Both the position numbers and the translations under genes were made by a program. From the IMG/VR virus record IMGVR_UViG_3300005841_000001, positions 1 to 64,000 of that record: 64,000 bases of DNA; one strand, given 5' to 3'. The number at the start of each line of letters is the position of its first letter. Position 1 is the stretch's first letter. Positions 62,615-64,000 of this stretch are shown here, in pieces. The DNA comes from a virus. The notes beneath the pieces are model-generated. The model ran no database searches, had not been told where the DNA came from, and worked only from the letters and a program-made list of their open reading frames with translations.

Positions 62615-62896
62615 GTGACCGAGACCACCGCCACCGCGAAGGTCGTCCACAACTGCAACCCCCGACAGCCGGGCAAGCCGCTCCCCTTCGGGAAGCGCGA
62701 CCCCAGGGGCGAGTGCCCGCGGTGCGCGGAGCTCGACGCCGGCGCCGAACCGCGCACGCTCGGATGGGTCGAGGCCAAGAGCCGGCAGGCCGAGTTCGAC
62801 GCGGACCGCTCCCGCGGCATCGAGGCCCACTTCGCTCCCGGCGGCCCGCACGCGCGCGGCGAGTGCGGCCCCGTCTGCACCGCCTACGACTGGTGA
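62615..62896 (+). CDS. Cys/His-rich conserved phage early protein
   Basis: H-x-C...FG...CPRC-x-EL-x-x-G...H...CGPVCT-x-x-DW. Confidence 0.75.
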   Translation: MTETTATAKVVHNCNPRQPGKPLPFGKRDPRGECPRCAELDAGAEPRTLGWVEAKSRQAEFDADRSRGIEAHFAPGGPHARGECGPVCTAYDW

Positions 62897-62964
62897 TCTT
62901 CCGGCCGGACCCTCTCCCGCGGGGCCCGGCCGGTTCCCTGCCCACCCCCTACCAGGAGACCAAC

Positions 62965-63474
62965 ATGCCTCACGTGATCGAACCCCTCGCGCTGCCCGCC
63001 ATGCGGCAGCACACCGGGCTGTACCTCGGCCCGCGCCACGCCAAGCCGGTCACCGACGACGTGATTTTGCAGGTCGCGCAGCGCACCACCGGCGGCGGCG
63101 CGTCCATCCTGCTCGACGTCGCCGACGTCTCCCGCGCCGTCTGCTGGCTCGTCGCCGCCACCGGACAGGACCCGAAGGTCGAGGGCTACGGCAGCCGTCG
63201 CCAGGCGCCGGGGCCGGTGCTGAACCCGTTCGTCGCCGTCGCCCGCTACGGCGACTACGCGGACGTGCTGACCCTGTACGTCGCCGACGGCGAGGTGGTT
63301 GCCAGCGTGCAGCACTTCGCGACCGACTTCGGCAACGCGGGCCCGCAGGGCACCACCCGGCTCACCATCGTGCAGTCCGGGCAGCTGCGCGACTGGCTCG
63401 CCGCGTGGCACCTGCACGGCTGGCCGGGTGTCCCCCGCGCCGGCGCCGGCGAGCCGGCGGCGGTGACCCGGTGA
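62965..63474 (+). CDS. hypothetical protein
   Basis: AGGAG RBS. Confidence 0.7.
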   Translation: MPHVIEPLALPAMRQHTGLYLGPRHAKPVTDDVILQVAQRTTGGGASILLDVADVSRAVCWLVAATGQDPKVEGYGSRRQAPGPVLNPFVAVARYGDYADVLTLYVADGEVVASVQHFATDFGNAGPQGTTRLTIVQSGQLRDWLAAWHLHGWPGVPRAGAGEPAAVTR

Positions 63475-63878
63475 GCGCCGGCGGTAAGGCCGAGGCGATG
63501 TCACGCTTGGTGACGGCCTACGACCGTGTCGGCGGGTACACGGTGTGGGTGGCGAGTGAGCTCACGCCGCCGGCGCGCCCGGTGTTCGGACCGTGGCCGG
63601 CGTGGGTCGGCGCGGCCGCCGAGCTCGCCGAGACGGCGATGCGTCTCGCCGCGACGCGCATCGAGATGAGCGAGACGGACCCGGTTCCTACCGAGACGCT
63701 CGCGCCCGTCGTGGTGCTTCTCGACGAGACGGCGCCGTGGGGTCGCGTCTCGCTGGTGCGAGACGCGATGGCCCGCGTCGACGTGAACCTGATCATGGTG
63801 AACCGAGACGGTACGGTCAGCACGGGCCCGAGTCGCTTCGCGCCGGCCCGAGACGAAAACGAGACGGAGGAGCCGTGA
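63471..63878 (+). CDS. hypothetical protein
   Basis: GTGA overlap. Confidence 0.55.
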   Translation: MSAGGKAEAMSRLVTAYDRVGGYTVWVASELTPPARPVFGPWPAWVGAAAELAETAMRLAATRIEMSETDPVPTETLAPVVVLLDETAPWGRVSLVRDAMARVDVNLIMVNRDGTVSTGPSRFAPARDENETEEP

Positions 63879-64000
63879 CGCTGCCCGCCCGGAGGGACAT
63901 CCGCCGTGACCTCGCGGCCGCCGTAACGATCTTGATCGGCCTCACCTTCGCTGTCTGGTCATGCGCCTGGGGCGGCCCGCCGATGATCTTCATGTGGGGC

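Noticed and set aside
1-64000. Prophage/temperate call
   Set aside because: No integrase, att site, parAB or host genes in the window, so lifestyle cannot be determined

Overview
This window is a 64-kb internal segment of a high-GC tailed actinobacteriophage. No host genes, integrase, capsid/portal or DNA polymerase are recognisable in it. Layout: (i) 1-8.4 kb (+), minor tail/virion genes and a lysis module (amidase endolysin plus several membrane proteins). (ii) 8.4-36.5 kb (-), DNA metabolism and early genes: VRR-NUC, UvrD-like helicase, PD-(D/E)XK exonuclease, two DEDDh exonucleases, AEP/RepB-like primase, SNF2 helicase, HNH, J-domain protein, and an out-of-place tail-fibre/SGNH pair. (iii) 36.5-37.5 kb, an AT-richer non-coding island with TGGAC/GTCCA iterons. 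(iv) 37.6-64 kb, terminase genes scattered among many short early genes, a tRNA-Glu and several structured non-coding islands. The most striking feature is a 29-bp element I counted 29 times. It is a SigA-type promoter (TTGACN-17 bp-TAGWCT) whose spacer is filled by a palindromic operator, GCCGAG-N4-CTCGGC. It often overlaps the stop codon of the upstream gene and often places the start codon at +1 (leaderless). It divides the early region into one- to few-gene cassettes and may be both a phage-wide regulon and a recombination scaffold. Other notable items are a PafBC/RecA-NDp-type DNA-damage promoter on a dnaQ-like gene, two or three candidate structured ncRNAs, and an internal start in the endolysin. 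All calls come from reading motifs by eye; no database searches were run.
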